The position numbers and the translations under genes are program-made. From NCBI GenBank assembly GCA_047967505.1, contig CM106538.1: a stretch of 64,000 bases of DNA. The stretch is one strand, 5' to 3'. The stretch's first letter is position 1. Every line of letters begins with the position of its first letter. The DNA is from Dipteris shenzhenensis. Taxonomy: Eukaryota. A model generated the notes under the pieces. That model was not told the origin of the DNA. It saw nothing but the letters and a program-made list of their open reading frames with translations, and did no database searches. Positions 50,681-61,746 of the stretch are shown piece after piece.

Positions 50681-51541
50681 ATGCGGAAATAGAGAATAAG
50701 GGGGAAAGGAAAGAGAGAAGGGAAAAGAGAGATGGGGAAAGAGAGAATAAGAGAAGAGGGAAAAAAGAGAAGGGGGAAAATGAGAAAAAGAGAAGGGGGA
50801 AGAGAGGGTTCCTACGCCCATCACTGCAGCTAGCGCTTAAGGTGCTAGCTGCAGGCAAATGCAAATAACAAAAAGCTTAAATGGAAAGAAGAGGAAGCAC
50901 TTACCTGTAAAAGTATGTCCCGCTCGGTGTAGTGGACTGGGCCCACAAAAGAGAGACTATGTCCCGCTCGGTGTAGTGGACTGGCCCTACAAAAGAGAGA
51001 AAACAACCCATTTTTTCAAATAAGATGTTAGTGGAAAGAGGAGATCACAAAAGCAACTTCTTGAAAGGAGACAAGGAAAGAGAAGATTGAGGAGACAAGG
51101 AAAGGAGGAGATTGAGGAGAAGAGAAGGAAGAGAAGGAAGAGAAATACAGAAAGAAGAGGTGAGTTTCTTTCTTTCTTTCTTGAAATTTCGTTTTTTGTT
51201 TGAATCCTTTCTAATCAAGCATGAAAACTAGTTTAAAACTTTAGCAATACAAGTAGAAACACTCACAAAACCAAAGCTAACAAACAAACAACCTACATTG
51301 TTGAAAAAAACTCACCTTTTGAAGAACTTTCTTTCTGGAAACCAAAGAGGGAAAAAGGAGAGAGAGGGTGCACAAGAGGTAGGAGGAGGGTGAGGAGTGG
51401 GAAATAGGGTAGGAGGTTGCTTGGAATAGATGGGAGGTCAGTGAAAATAGGTGGGAGGAGATTTTGGAGAGCTTAGTTTAGAGATTAGGAAAGCTTTGAG
51501 CAAAACGCCGCGGGTTTCGCCGTTTCGGGTTTTAACCCACA

Positions 51542-51651
51542 GCGTCGCTATATAGCGACGTTTTTAATTGAAAACGTCGCTATATAGCGACGCTTTCAAT
51601 TAAAAACGTCGCTATATAGCGACGGAACAGAGCGTCGCTATATAGCGACGC
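51542..51651. promoter_or_regulatory. Four internal copies of the inner element's subterminal palindrome upstream of the transposase ATG
   Basis: CGTCGCTATATAGCGACG occurs four times, identical to the terminal arrays. Confidence 0.7.
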
Positions 51652-51884
51652 TTACTGTTTGTTTTTTAATGAGGCCTCTTGTGACTCAAACATGCTATGC
51701 CTATAATTGTCAATATCTCCTCTTACTACATAGCCTTACTATATAGGATTTTTTTTTTCAATCCTTACTATATAGCGATGTCATTCTTTTTATATAGCCT
51801 CAAGAGAAGCTCAAATTAAACATGCTATGCTCATAATTGTGTACATCTCCTCTTCATGCTTATGTTTTGGTTTTATAAGTGTAG

Positions 51885-54800
51885 ATGGAAGGGACGAGTG
51901 GAAGCTCATCCGATGATGCGCCAACGCCCGGGAGCACGAAGTGGCTTACGGAGAGGTTATATTGTCATTGCACTCATTGCAAGCGAGAAGTACGACATCA
52001 ACGTCGTATTATCATGCGCCACTTGCGGATGTATGGGGAGGAGCCGGAACCAATACCCCCCGTTGGTGTTGCACATGTTGATGGATCATCGGTAAGTCAA
52101 AGCTATTTAAGTTCGCAATCTTATTGTATACCCGGAATTAGAAGATCTTCTATTTACACGAATGAGCTTATGACAGGATGACGAGGGTAACGAGGGTACA
52201 CATATACCTTCTCACTTTCAACAAGACTATAGTCTCCCAGATGACGACGAGGGTATGGTCGACATGATGGATTCCATTTTTAGGGGCACTACATCCCACG
52301 TACACGTGATGTCAGAGTCTGAGGTGAAAATGCGAGAGTTGCAATCAACACAATTGTACGAGGGTGCCAGGATGTCTAAACTACGTGCTTGTCTCTCAAT
52401 CTTGAATCTACAAGTACAGTATGGGTGGTCGGATACAAGTGTCTCGGCCTTAATGAGGTTAGCCCTTGCATTAATTTGATTGACTCATTATTTGGATATT
52501 GTTTGTTTTGAGAATCATCATTTGGATAGTGTCTTTGTCATAGGTTGCTCCAAAAGATGTTGCCTGCACCAAATACCATGCCCGCATCAAGAGATGAAGC
52601 GAAAAAGATGCTAACAATGGTGGGTATGGATTATGATACCATCCATGCTTACCGTAATGATTGTATTCTCTTTCGTCGTGAGCATGGAGATTTGGCTAGT
52701 TGTCCAAAGTGTGGGGAACAACGATATAGAGATGACTTGCAGGGTGAGAGGATACCGGTAAAGGTCTTAAGACACTTTCCCATCATTGCAAGAATACAAC
52801 ACATGTTTCGATGCAAATCCATAGCGGAGTTGATGACATGGCATGCATCTCATCGGTCCACTGATCACACATTGAGGATTCCCGCAGATTGTGCGGCTTG
52901 GAAGCACATAGATAATCAGTGGCCGGACTTTGCGAGAGAGCCACGCAACTTACATCTTGGGCTAGCCATGGACGGCGTGAATCCTTTCGGGTTACGCTCG
53001 ACATCTTGGTCGACATGGCCCATAGTCGTGGTGAATTACAATATCCCACCATGGCTAACAATAAAAAAGGACACCTCATGCTTGCACTACTTGTGCCAGG
53101 AAAGTACAAGGCAAGAAACATGGACGTGTACATGGCACCTTTGATAGAGGAGTTACAGATATTATGGAGAGGAGTGCAGGTCTTTGATATTTCCAGAGCT
53201 CCTAGGCATACCAATGATATTTCCGTCAGGGGTATCTTGATGTGGACCATGCATGACTACCCAGGATATGGAGAGTGCGCAGGTACGTGGTTATGTCTTT
53301 ACATGTACAATGAGGGATTATGCTTTTTTTACTCTCTTTTGCACGCATGTCTTGTACTAACATATTCATGCACGCATGCAGGGCTTGCTACAAGTGGGTA
53401 CCATGCTTGTCCTGTTTGTGGACCCGCTCTGAAATCGCTTGCACGCTACTCCAAACACATGAGGAAAAATGTTTATGAAGGTCATGCTCGATACCTTCCA
53501 CTCGACCATCTCGCACGTGGAGGTCAGCTTGATCCACCACCATCATATTTAAAAGCAAGTGATTGGATTCAAGCTTGGAGGGAGAATGGAGAGGAACCTC
53601 CTCCTGGTATGAAGAGGCTTTCGATCTTTCACGAGCTTCCTTATTGGGGTCAGTTACAAATCAATCATCTCTTGGATCCCATGCATATCTTTAAGAATGT
53701 GGGGGCTACCATTTGGGCACACTTGGTTGGTTCCAAGGACTCGAGAGGAGTGCGAGAAGACTTGCGTGCTATGAATAGGATGTCTCGTTTGTGGCCCCAA
53801 GTGCATGCTTCAGGAAAAGTTGTCCTCCCGAAAGCAACGTGGATCCTCTCTACGAGGGAGGAGGCAGCGATCAAGGCAGACATTGCCTCTTTTCAAACAC
53901 CGACAGGGTACATGCGTTGCTTGAAAGGAGCATTTTCAAAGGACAATAAGCTTAGTGGCCTCAAGTCCCATGATTGGCACAAGGTCTTACAGGTATTCTA
54001 AGTAGAATTAGTGTACCGATAATAGTGATGCATTAGCGTAATTATTATTATGTTATATTGTTGACATGATTTCATTGTTGCTTTGATAGTTCATCCTTCC
54101 AATTACAATAAAAGGGTGCTTACAAGAAGATGTTAGAAATGCTATATTCAAGATCTGTGGTATTGTGAGGTATGCTTACTATCAATTCGCATTATCTATT
54201 TTCTTCATGGACATGTGAAATAGGTGGATATCTCAAATATCTTACATATGCATGGACATGTGAAATAGGTGGATATCTCAAAAAGAGATCTCTATATCGA
54301 GCATCGAGAAGGCTAGGGTGGAATCCATCGAAGCCGTATGCTTGCTTGAGAAGCACTTTCCCTCAAGCATTATGACAACTCAAGTCCACTTGCTTGTGCA
54401 CATAGTTGATGAGGTGGCTATAGCAGGTACCGTTCATAATCGATGGATGTTTTTTCTCGAGCGGTTTATGAAAACTTTAAAGGGGTTTGTAAGACAAAGA
54501 GCAAGACCAGAAGCAAGCATGGCAGAGGGATGGCTTGTGCAAGAGTCATTAGTATATATCACAGAGTTTCTTGCATCCACGGATCCTGATATGCCGCAAG
54601 CTTGGCACAACAAGGATGATGATCGCATCATTGGCGAGGTCCCCCAAGGAAAAGGGATTGAAAGAAAGATGAGCGAAGAGCAAATGGAGAAATTCAATAA
54701 GTTTTGTATCCTCAATAGCCCTGAGATGCAAAAGTGGATTGAGAGATATGAAGTGGCCAAAGCAGAAAGAATAAATGCAAGGACGAGATTCAGAGTAATG

Positions 54801-55959
54801 TACAGGCGATCACAACCATATCCACGAGATCTGGCTCTTCTCCCTACTCACATGTCACTTGATTGGCTACAACTAGCTATACGTAAAGCCGAACGTGATG
54901 GAGAGACAATAAACGAGCGCGAGCGGGAGTTATCATCTGGATGTATGGTGCATGTAAGTTTCTTATCTCTTGATGTAATTAAGTAATTATTTGTGGCAAT
55001 ATATGCTATAAAATAGGTGCATCTTCATTGTTTTAATGATGCTCTTTTACAGTACAAAAAGTACAGTGCATTATGGTCATATGGACGACATTTTCGCATA
55101 GAACGCATCGATTCAAAGAGAGTCACGTATGATTGTGGAGTCATGGCTAACTTCACACAAGATAGCCGAGCAAGTGCTTCGGATACCAATCTTCTCTCCT
55201 CACAGTTGGATTATTGTGGAACCATACGTGGAACCATACGCGACATCTATGAAATTGATTTCAGACGATTTACTATTTTCATTCTTGATGTAAAATAGTT
55301 TAGAACTACTTACAACGGTCCCCATGCAACTGTGAGAAAAGATGGTAGCGGTCTCTTTGCAATAGACTCCACCAAACATTGGACCGATGAAAGTGATACT
55401 TTTGTTCTTCCCGAGCACTGTGAGCAGGTGCATACTAATGATTTAATTAGTCGAAGCTTTCGTTTTTTAAGTCCATTGATATATATATAATTGACGACAT
55501 TTGGCACGTGATTTTTCATCTTCAATATAGGTGGTTTTTCATCCGGATCGTTCTGATCCAAGATGGTGGTACGTGATCCAAGTTGCACCACGAAGTAAGC
55601 AGATTTTTGAAGATCGAGATGTGGATATGGAGATGCCACTACCAAATCCGGATCCAATTGATGAATCTAGCGAAGAAGATGTAGATCACCATATGAGGCA
55701 AGAGGAAGATGCGCATAATGACATCGCACGGGAGGAGGATGGAGATCACGATATTGACGAGGAAGACAACAATCGTCAAGATCAATCACCACACTTAAGC
55801 TTAATTGAAGAAGATGATCAAATACTTTTAGGTGAACGTACGATGCTAGAGTACGATGATGATATAGGAGATCAACTCGGTATAGAGTTGGAGATAGACT
55901 TGCTTGGCGCCTTAGACTTGGCTCAAGATGAAACAGTTGATGTAAATGCTCTTATTTAA
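51885..55959 (+). pseudogene. Inner element transposase (TnpD-like), full length, 8 exons, one frameshift and one nonsense codon
   Basis: Exons ~51885-52091, 52177-52457, 52544-53282, 53382-53992, 54090-54169, 54269-54954, 55053-55428, 55531-55959; motifs CHCTHC, LGLAMDGVNPF, MHDYPGYG, LDPMHIFKNV, GLKSHDWH, WMFFLERFM; 1-bp loss in the A-run ~53065; DVK-TAG-F at 55296. Confidence 0.93.
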
Positions 55960-58306
55960 TTTGATTTTTCTCATCTCCAACTTGGACATGAATATATGAG
56001 CTTCAAAGGCTTGATGTACATGCTCTCATTTTTTATTTCTCTATGAGCTCAAACATGTATGAAAATTTAAAAAATTTTGTCATTGGAAGAAAATAAATTT
56101 TAAGGCTAAAAAAAAAAAAAAAACCTCTCTGTAAAACGTCGCTATAATATAGTCTCAGTGTCGCTATATAGCGACCTTTCAAAGTCGCTATATAGCGACC
56201 ATTACTAACGTCGCTATATAGCGACGCTTATTAAAAGTCGCTATATAGCGACGATTTACGACACCCGATTTTTATACCGACGATTAACGCTAAGCGGGCG
56301 CTAATCGTCGGTACGTAAACGTCGCAATAGGATGCGTGTGTAGTAGTGTCATCCCAGCGGAGTCCGCATAGCCATCTTATGCCCCGTCTTATGCCCCTTC
56401 CCCTGTACCGTCTTATGCCCCTTCCCCCATGCCGTCTTATGTCCCTTCTGCCATCCCATCTTATGCCCCTTCCCCCATGCCGTCAGGAGGTCCTTCTGTC
56501 TCGGCGAGCCGTCGACGTACTCCCCAGCTGTCGAGACTCGGTTCTCCAGCTACGAGTGGTCAGCGTAGTCCCGTGCAGTCCCCAGCTAGGAGTGGCCAGC
56601 GTAGGAGCTCGACACGACAGGGTAGCAGGCGTAGTAGTAGGGAGAGCGGTGGCGGATGCATGGCACAGTGCTTTGGGCCATGTGGCGGTGAGGAGGAGGA
56701 TGATTCGGATGATTTAGACGTGCCTCTGGGTGATGGTATGATTTATTATGACATCACTCAGACAGGAGGCATCTTGATGGATGCGCAGGGGAAGGACATC
56801 ATGGCCTTCATGCGCTCTGTAATTGCTAACAATTACAGAGATTGCTTTATCCACTATAAAGACCACCCAAAGAGGTTGGCTGATGAGACCCTCGCTACTG
56901 TTCGCTCTAGGTATCCTAACCCCCCCAATCGCCAGTTCACAGATAAATGGGGGAAGTCAAAGATTGTTACGATACTTAGCAATAGAAGATCTTCCCTTAA
57001 GAGGCAGGCACTAGCAGAGCTTGCCAGACTTGAGGCAGGTCAACCTCCAAGGGGCCCGCCCCACACCGCTCACAAGCGTGAGTGGAAGAAGGCAATGAAG
57101 TCAGCGAGGGAGGAGCCCAGTCTGCAGCACGTGGAGGCACGGAGGATCCAGATGGAGGAATATGGGAGCGTGCATTTTGGAGCAGGGGGTGTTGAATCAT
57201 GGGAGGCCCAATTTGTAAGTATCGATCTCAAATTATATTGCTTATGTAGTTTATTAGGAGGTTGGTTGTTTCTTTATACTAATCCCTCCACAAAGTGTAT
57301 CGCGGTCATGCAGCTTGAGATCGTGGGCAGATACCCTACTCCAGTGGAGACAGCCTACCACCACCACCATCGCAGAGGAGATACATGGAGGCACTTCTAT
57401 GATGACGAGTTGATTACTGAGGAGCAGTATACCCGAGCTACTGGACAGGCCCCCCAGGTATTTGAAAGTAATTAAATAATGCCAAAATTATAAGTAAAGA
57501 TTTGATTTTTCATACATTGATATATGTTGTCCCTTGTTTACAGGCCCATGCACAAGACGATGAGGAAGAGGAGGAAGGAGGCACAGAAGGGAGCGCAGAA
57601 GGGAGCATGGAAGGGAGCGAGGACCTAGAGAACATAGATTAGTCGTATAAGTAATGCTAGCTACTCTTTTTTGTACTTAAAGCCACTGGATTGGCTTCGT
57701 GCCTCTTGTATATAGATTCCTCTTATTTTTTGTACTTGAAGCCACATGACATGGCTTAGCTTCCTTATTTTTTGTACTTGAAGCCACATGACGTGGCTTA
57801 GCTTCGTGCTATATATATATACAAGCACTTTTTTGAGCTTTCAATTTTATTGCGATTTGGAGTTGTAATATTTTATTTGGAATTGTAATTAAAATGCGGT
57901 TGGCTGTAAGAATTGAATTACAGAATGTGGATATGGGATTCTTGTAACTATATAGCATACACAACATACACACTATTCTGTAAAATTTATTTTAAAAAAA
58001 AGGCGCGTCTATCAGTGCGTTTAAAAATGCGTTTATATTCGCGTCTGTCTGTTCGTTTTGGTCTATACACGCGTCTATAAAAGCGTTCATAAGCGCGTCT
58101 ATCTATGCATCTTTGTGCACATCTATACACGCGTAAGTATGATATATAGACGCGCAATTAGATGCGGGTCTCCAGACGCACAAATAGACGCGCAAATAGA
58201 CGCGCCCGTAAGTTTTTATTTTAGTTCATGAAATGCATCTGTGCGTGCGTCTATGGGTGCTTTGTCTTGTTGTGTGAATTCTTCTTCGCTGGATCCTCAC
58301 GACCAC

Positions 58307-58577
58307 ACTCTAATACCAAATGTTGGATATCAGAGTGAATATACAATTCTTTTCTTGTAAGATTCACTCTTCACATAGACTAAAAAAGAGCCGCTCAATA
58401 AACAACCTCGATATACAATCAGATGAAGTCAAAATAGATCACACCATTTATCTCTCTATTCAATCAAACTCTATGCCTCAACTCTACTGAGTTTGTTGGC
58501 TTATTACAAACCAAGAAGACTCTACTAATGACCCTAGTTTTTTGATGAGCAGCTGCACAATAGAGGACTATCTAACA
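58307..58577 (-). mobile_element. 5' LTR (58321-58577) and PBS of the split Copia
   Basis: TGTTGGATA...TATCTAACA inverted termini; CTCTAATACCA (degenerate iMet PBS, reverse complement) just left of it. Confidence 0.85.
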
Positions 58578-58989
58578 AACCTCAACCTCATGGCTTATGA
58601 CTTGTGATCATGGCAACAAAAGGATGTATGAACTCGATGAAAAATCTTTTGAAGTCATGAAGGATCACTACCACCCGATCATCAATACCTCCATGCAACT
58701 TCTAACTCTTTCTCTAGAACTACCAAGTGTCCATGACTCGCTTGATTCTCCAATCAGGCTTGATCATGATTTGCATGGTCCAAGTGTCAACCAACATGCA
58801 TCAAACAAGCTATCACCAAGCATTACTCATGATACCACTTCTACGAGGATCACCTCTCCAATAGAGAGTATGTTGGGAGAAGGTGTTGTCAACATGATGA
58901 TCGAGACATGTTGATGTGATAACAAGGAATAATTTTCAGATTGAATAGAAAAATGGTGTGTTTAATTCATGATAAATTCACAGATGAGG

Positions 58990-59053
58990 GAATTTTTAAT
59001 TAGGCTTTGAACGCACGTGATATAGATGATTTGCATACAGTGAACCCCCTGAA
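58990..59053. mobile_element. Solo end of the hAT-MITE family
   Basis: TAGGCTTTGAACGCACGTGATATAGA...AGTGAACCCCCTGAA is similar to the reverse complement of 37496-37548. Confidence 0.65.
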
Positions 59054-59119
59054 AAAGTGATACATTTGCTCTATGGGAAGGGGAGTGCTTCACCGATTAG
59101 AAATAATGGGAGAAAGTAA

Positions 59120-59350
59120 AGAGAAAGAGGTTTATAAGAGGATACTAAGAGGAGGAAGCTAAGAGGAGGTTGAGAGGAGGATGTTAACAAGAAGAGTCTA
59201 ATCTAGGAGAAGGCTAAGACAAGGTTAAAAGGAGACGGAGGTTGAGCAGAGGATGCTAAGAGGAGGTTGAAACGAGAAAGAGGTTGAGGGGAGGATGCTA
59301 AGAGGAGGTTGAGAAGAGGAAGAGGTTGAGAGGAGGATGAGGTTGAAAGG
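59120..59350. repeat. Purine-rich degenerate repeat (GAGGAGGTTGAGAGGAGGATGCTAA)
   Basis: Directly visible. Confidence 0.75.
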
Positions 59351-60642
59351 AAGGTCATGTGTGAATGGGTTTAGTTTTGGAGGACTCCTTCAAGATGTTT
59401 GAGGAGGTGGGGAGACTTTTCAAAATTTTCATTTGTTTGGAAGGAAAATCCACAATTTTTTAGGCCCACCAAAAGAGGGAGGAGGGTAGGGGGGGCTAGT
59501 TTTGAGGGGGGGAGTAAATAACCCAAGTAGTTGTGAGAACACATGGGAACCTAGTGGGGACCAAGGGACATCTCCCCACCAAGTAGAGGCCAATATGGAA
59601 TCATCCATTCTTTTAATGCCCAAGCCTTCCATTGGCTAGTTTCCTAATCACAAATCTTAAGGGCCTAATCCAAGAGGCCCTTTGTGAGTCCAAAGCTCCC
59701 CTAATGTTGTTGTAGAACCAAGGGATAAAAAATATGCATGATAGCACAAGTCTTGTATATTCTATGTCTGGCCATAAATGTATTATTAGTCTTACAAGGT
59801 GCTAACTAGAAGAGTACAAGCTATCAAGTCTATGGTTTAATGCACCCAGCCTAGTTTTTCCTAATCATTTAACAATTGGCTAGCTCAGTTCTTGATTCTT
59901 CCAAGATGTCTCATGGTGTGCTTGTGAGTGTCTACATTCATTTTGAAGACCCTCTCACCCTTCTTTCCTCTAGGCACAACTTGCATTTCAAACTTAATAG
60001 CTCTAATAGATGAGAGTGGACAAACATATGTGGTCACTTATCTAACATTCTATAGATTCTATGTTATTTCTTGGATGTATTCTCCTCGTATTCTCATACC
60101 AAATACCTCTAACCACTACTCCCAGTTCTCATAGGTCAGTCCCTTATGATCTTGAAATGTTCTCTCCAACTTATGTTTGGATTTAATACATGTAACACAA
60201 AGTATGGGTCATCTTCCTTGCTCTCCTTAAAGGGAGCAAGGACGGTGATGTGATCCCCTCTTTAAGTGCATCATTGTGGTCATTGAATCCCTCTTAGAAT
60301 TTCAATACACTTTTTGAATATAACATAGGTCCCATTGTTCCATAGTTGCAATGTTCTCACACTTGTCATAATCTCCCATGATTCATGTATTGCAAAGATG
60401 AGAAAGCTATCATGTTTTAAGTGAAAGGAGGTTGTTTTAAAATCCACATATACTATGCAAAATCCTACCCCATCAATTGTGTCACAGTCACATTTGTTAC
60501 CTTTTCACTTCATCCACTCCACCTCGTGGAATGCTCCACATAGTAAACTATTGTTGAGGCTATATTTACTATATGCAAACTATGCCCCTAAGGAGAGGTT
60601 AGACACATGCTATGTTGCTACATCATGGGAATTTGCAATTTT

Positions 60643-60836
60643 AATAAAAAGATCGATTAATACGTACACCACATGTTGCTACATTGTGGGAATTTGCAAA
60701 CTATCTTAACTGATGTCAATAAAAAGATCGATTAATAACTACACCACATGTTGCTATATCGTGGGAATTTGCAACCTATCTTAATGGCATGTTAACTGAT
60801 GTCAATAAAAGGATTGATTAATAACTACACCACATG
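60643..60836. repeat. ~2.5 tandem copies of a ~75-85-bp unit
   Basis: AATAAAA(A)GAT(C/T)GATTAATA..TACACCACATG occurs three times. Confidence 0.8.
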
Positions 60837-60954
60837 ATCCATCATGCTCCCCCTTTCCATGGCTAGAACCAAAGAAATTCCATAGAATCAGGCATGTGCT
60901 ATACGTAATAAGTGGCTATGGGTTTTATGCACCAAAGTTGTTATCTTCTTGTTG

Positions 60955-61202
60955 CTACAGGGGTTCACCTCCAAAAAATTTAGTGTACCATGTGCATTCA
61001 AAAGGAGGAGTATTTTAATCCCACTTTTGGGAAAAATTTAACAAGATCACAATAACAAGAGGGGTTTTTTAATTCAAATTTAGGGAAAAAATGCTAGTTC
61101 CTAAGTAAAGAGGGGTGGTTTTATTGGGGGGAAAATTTTAGGTGAGGGGTTTTTTGAATACTCCTTGAACGCACATGATACCTAGGATTTGCACCCCCCA
61201 AG
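60955..61202. mobile_element. Older hAT-type MITE, 248 bp, related to 37496-37742
   Basis: Degenerate TIRs CTACAGGGGTTCAC / TGCACCCCCCAAG; subterminal CATGTGCATTCAA / TTGAACGCACATG; TSD TCTTGTTG / GCTTGTTG (7/8). Confidence 0.75.
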
Positions 61203-61635
61203 GCTTGTTGTACCAGCATGCACTTTGTATTTCATCTTACATTTCTTGAAAATACTAATTTTTAGTAAATTCAATCATAGGGATAATTATGTCCTTGGGG
61301 AAATTAGCAAGAGTCATTGGTTAATGGGACATTCACCTAGGAGACATGTGCATCTACCTCCATGAAGCAAACAACCACATCTCAAGTCGTCTGAAGCTTT
61401 CCAAGCTAGATCAAATTCTATGTGTGTTTGCAACAACACACATTCCTATGTTTGAGTCACTTGACACACTAGGGTTTGCAATGCTTAGAGCTCTTTTGCC
61501 CAAACCTTATGTTAGATTCTCAGCCATATATCTAAATATAGATCCATCTACCAATGCAACAAATTGTAAAGAATACATTGAAAACCTATGCAATAGACAC
61601 AGCCAACATGGTATAAGTTGTAACCAATACGATGG

Positions 61636-61746
61636 ATGTATACATGTACATATACATATACATATACACATACATATATATATACATATGCATACATGCA
61701 TACGTACATACAAGCAAATGTATGTATATACATACATACATATACA
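61636..61746. repeat. Degenerate (TA/CA/TG) microsatellite
   Basis: Directly visible. Confidence 0.85.

Larger units (their letters stand above)
45416..56348. mobile_element. Inner CACTA/EnSpm element, 10.9 kb, near complete
   Basis: CACTAC...GTAGTG termini, 3-bp TSD TCA (45413-45415, 56349-56351); palindromic subterminal repeats GTCGCTATATAGCGAC (6 left, 4 right). Confidence 0.95.
45235..57642 (+). pseudogene. Outer element ORF2 (TnpA/Transposase_24-like), interrupted by the inner CACTA; coding 45235-45415 + 56352-57214, 57314-57457, 57544-57642
   Basis: Removing 45416-56351 rejoins the frame (..PPEI|IPAESA*PSYAP..) with one TAG at 56369; motifs YDITQTGGIL, RYPNPPN, HFGAGG, GRYPT; GT-AG introns; acidic last exon. 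Confidence 0.85.
41244..58274. mobile_element. Outer CACTA/EnSpm (CMC superfamily) element with CACAA termini; non-autonomous deletion derivative
   Basis: TIR CACAACAA(C/G)ACAAAGCA at 41244 and 58274; 3-bp TSD TGA (41241-41243, 58275-58277); TAGACGCG/CGCGTCTA subterminal repeats at both ends. Confidence 0.93.

Noticed and set aside
50914-51000. tRNA/SINE-like GGTGTAGTGG in a 44-bp tandem duplication
   Set aside because: A-box-like only; no B-box or cloverleaf
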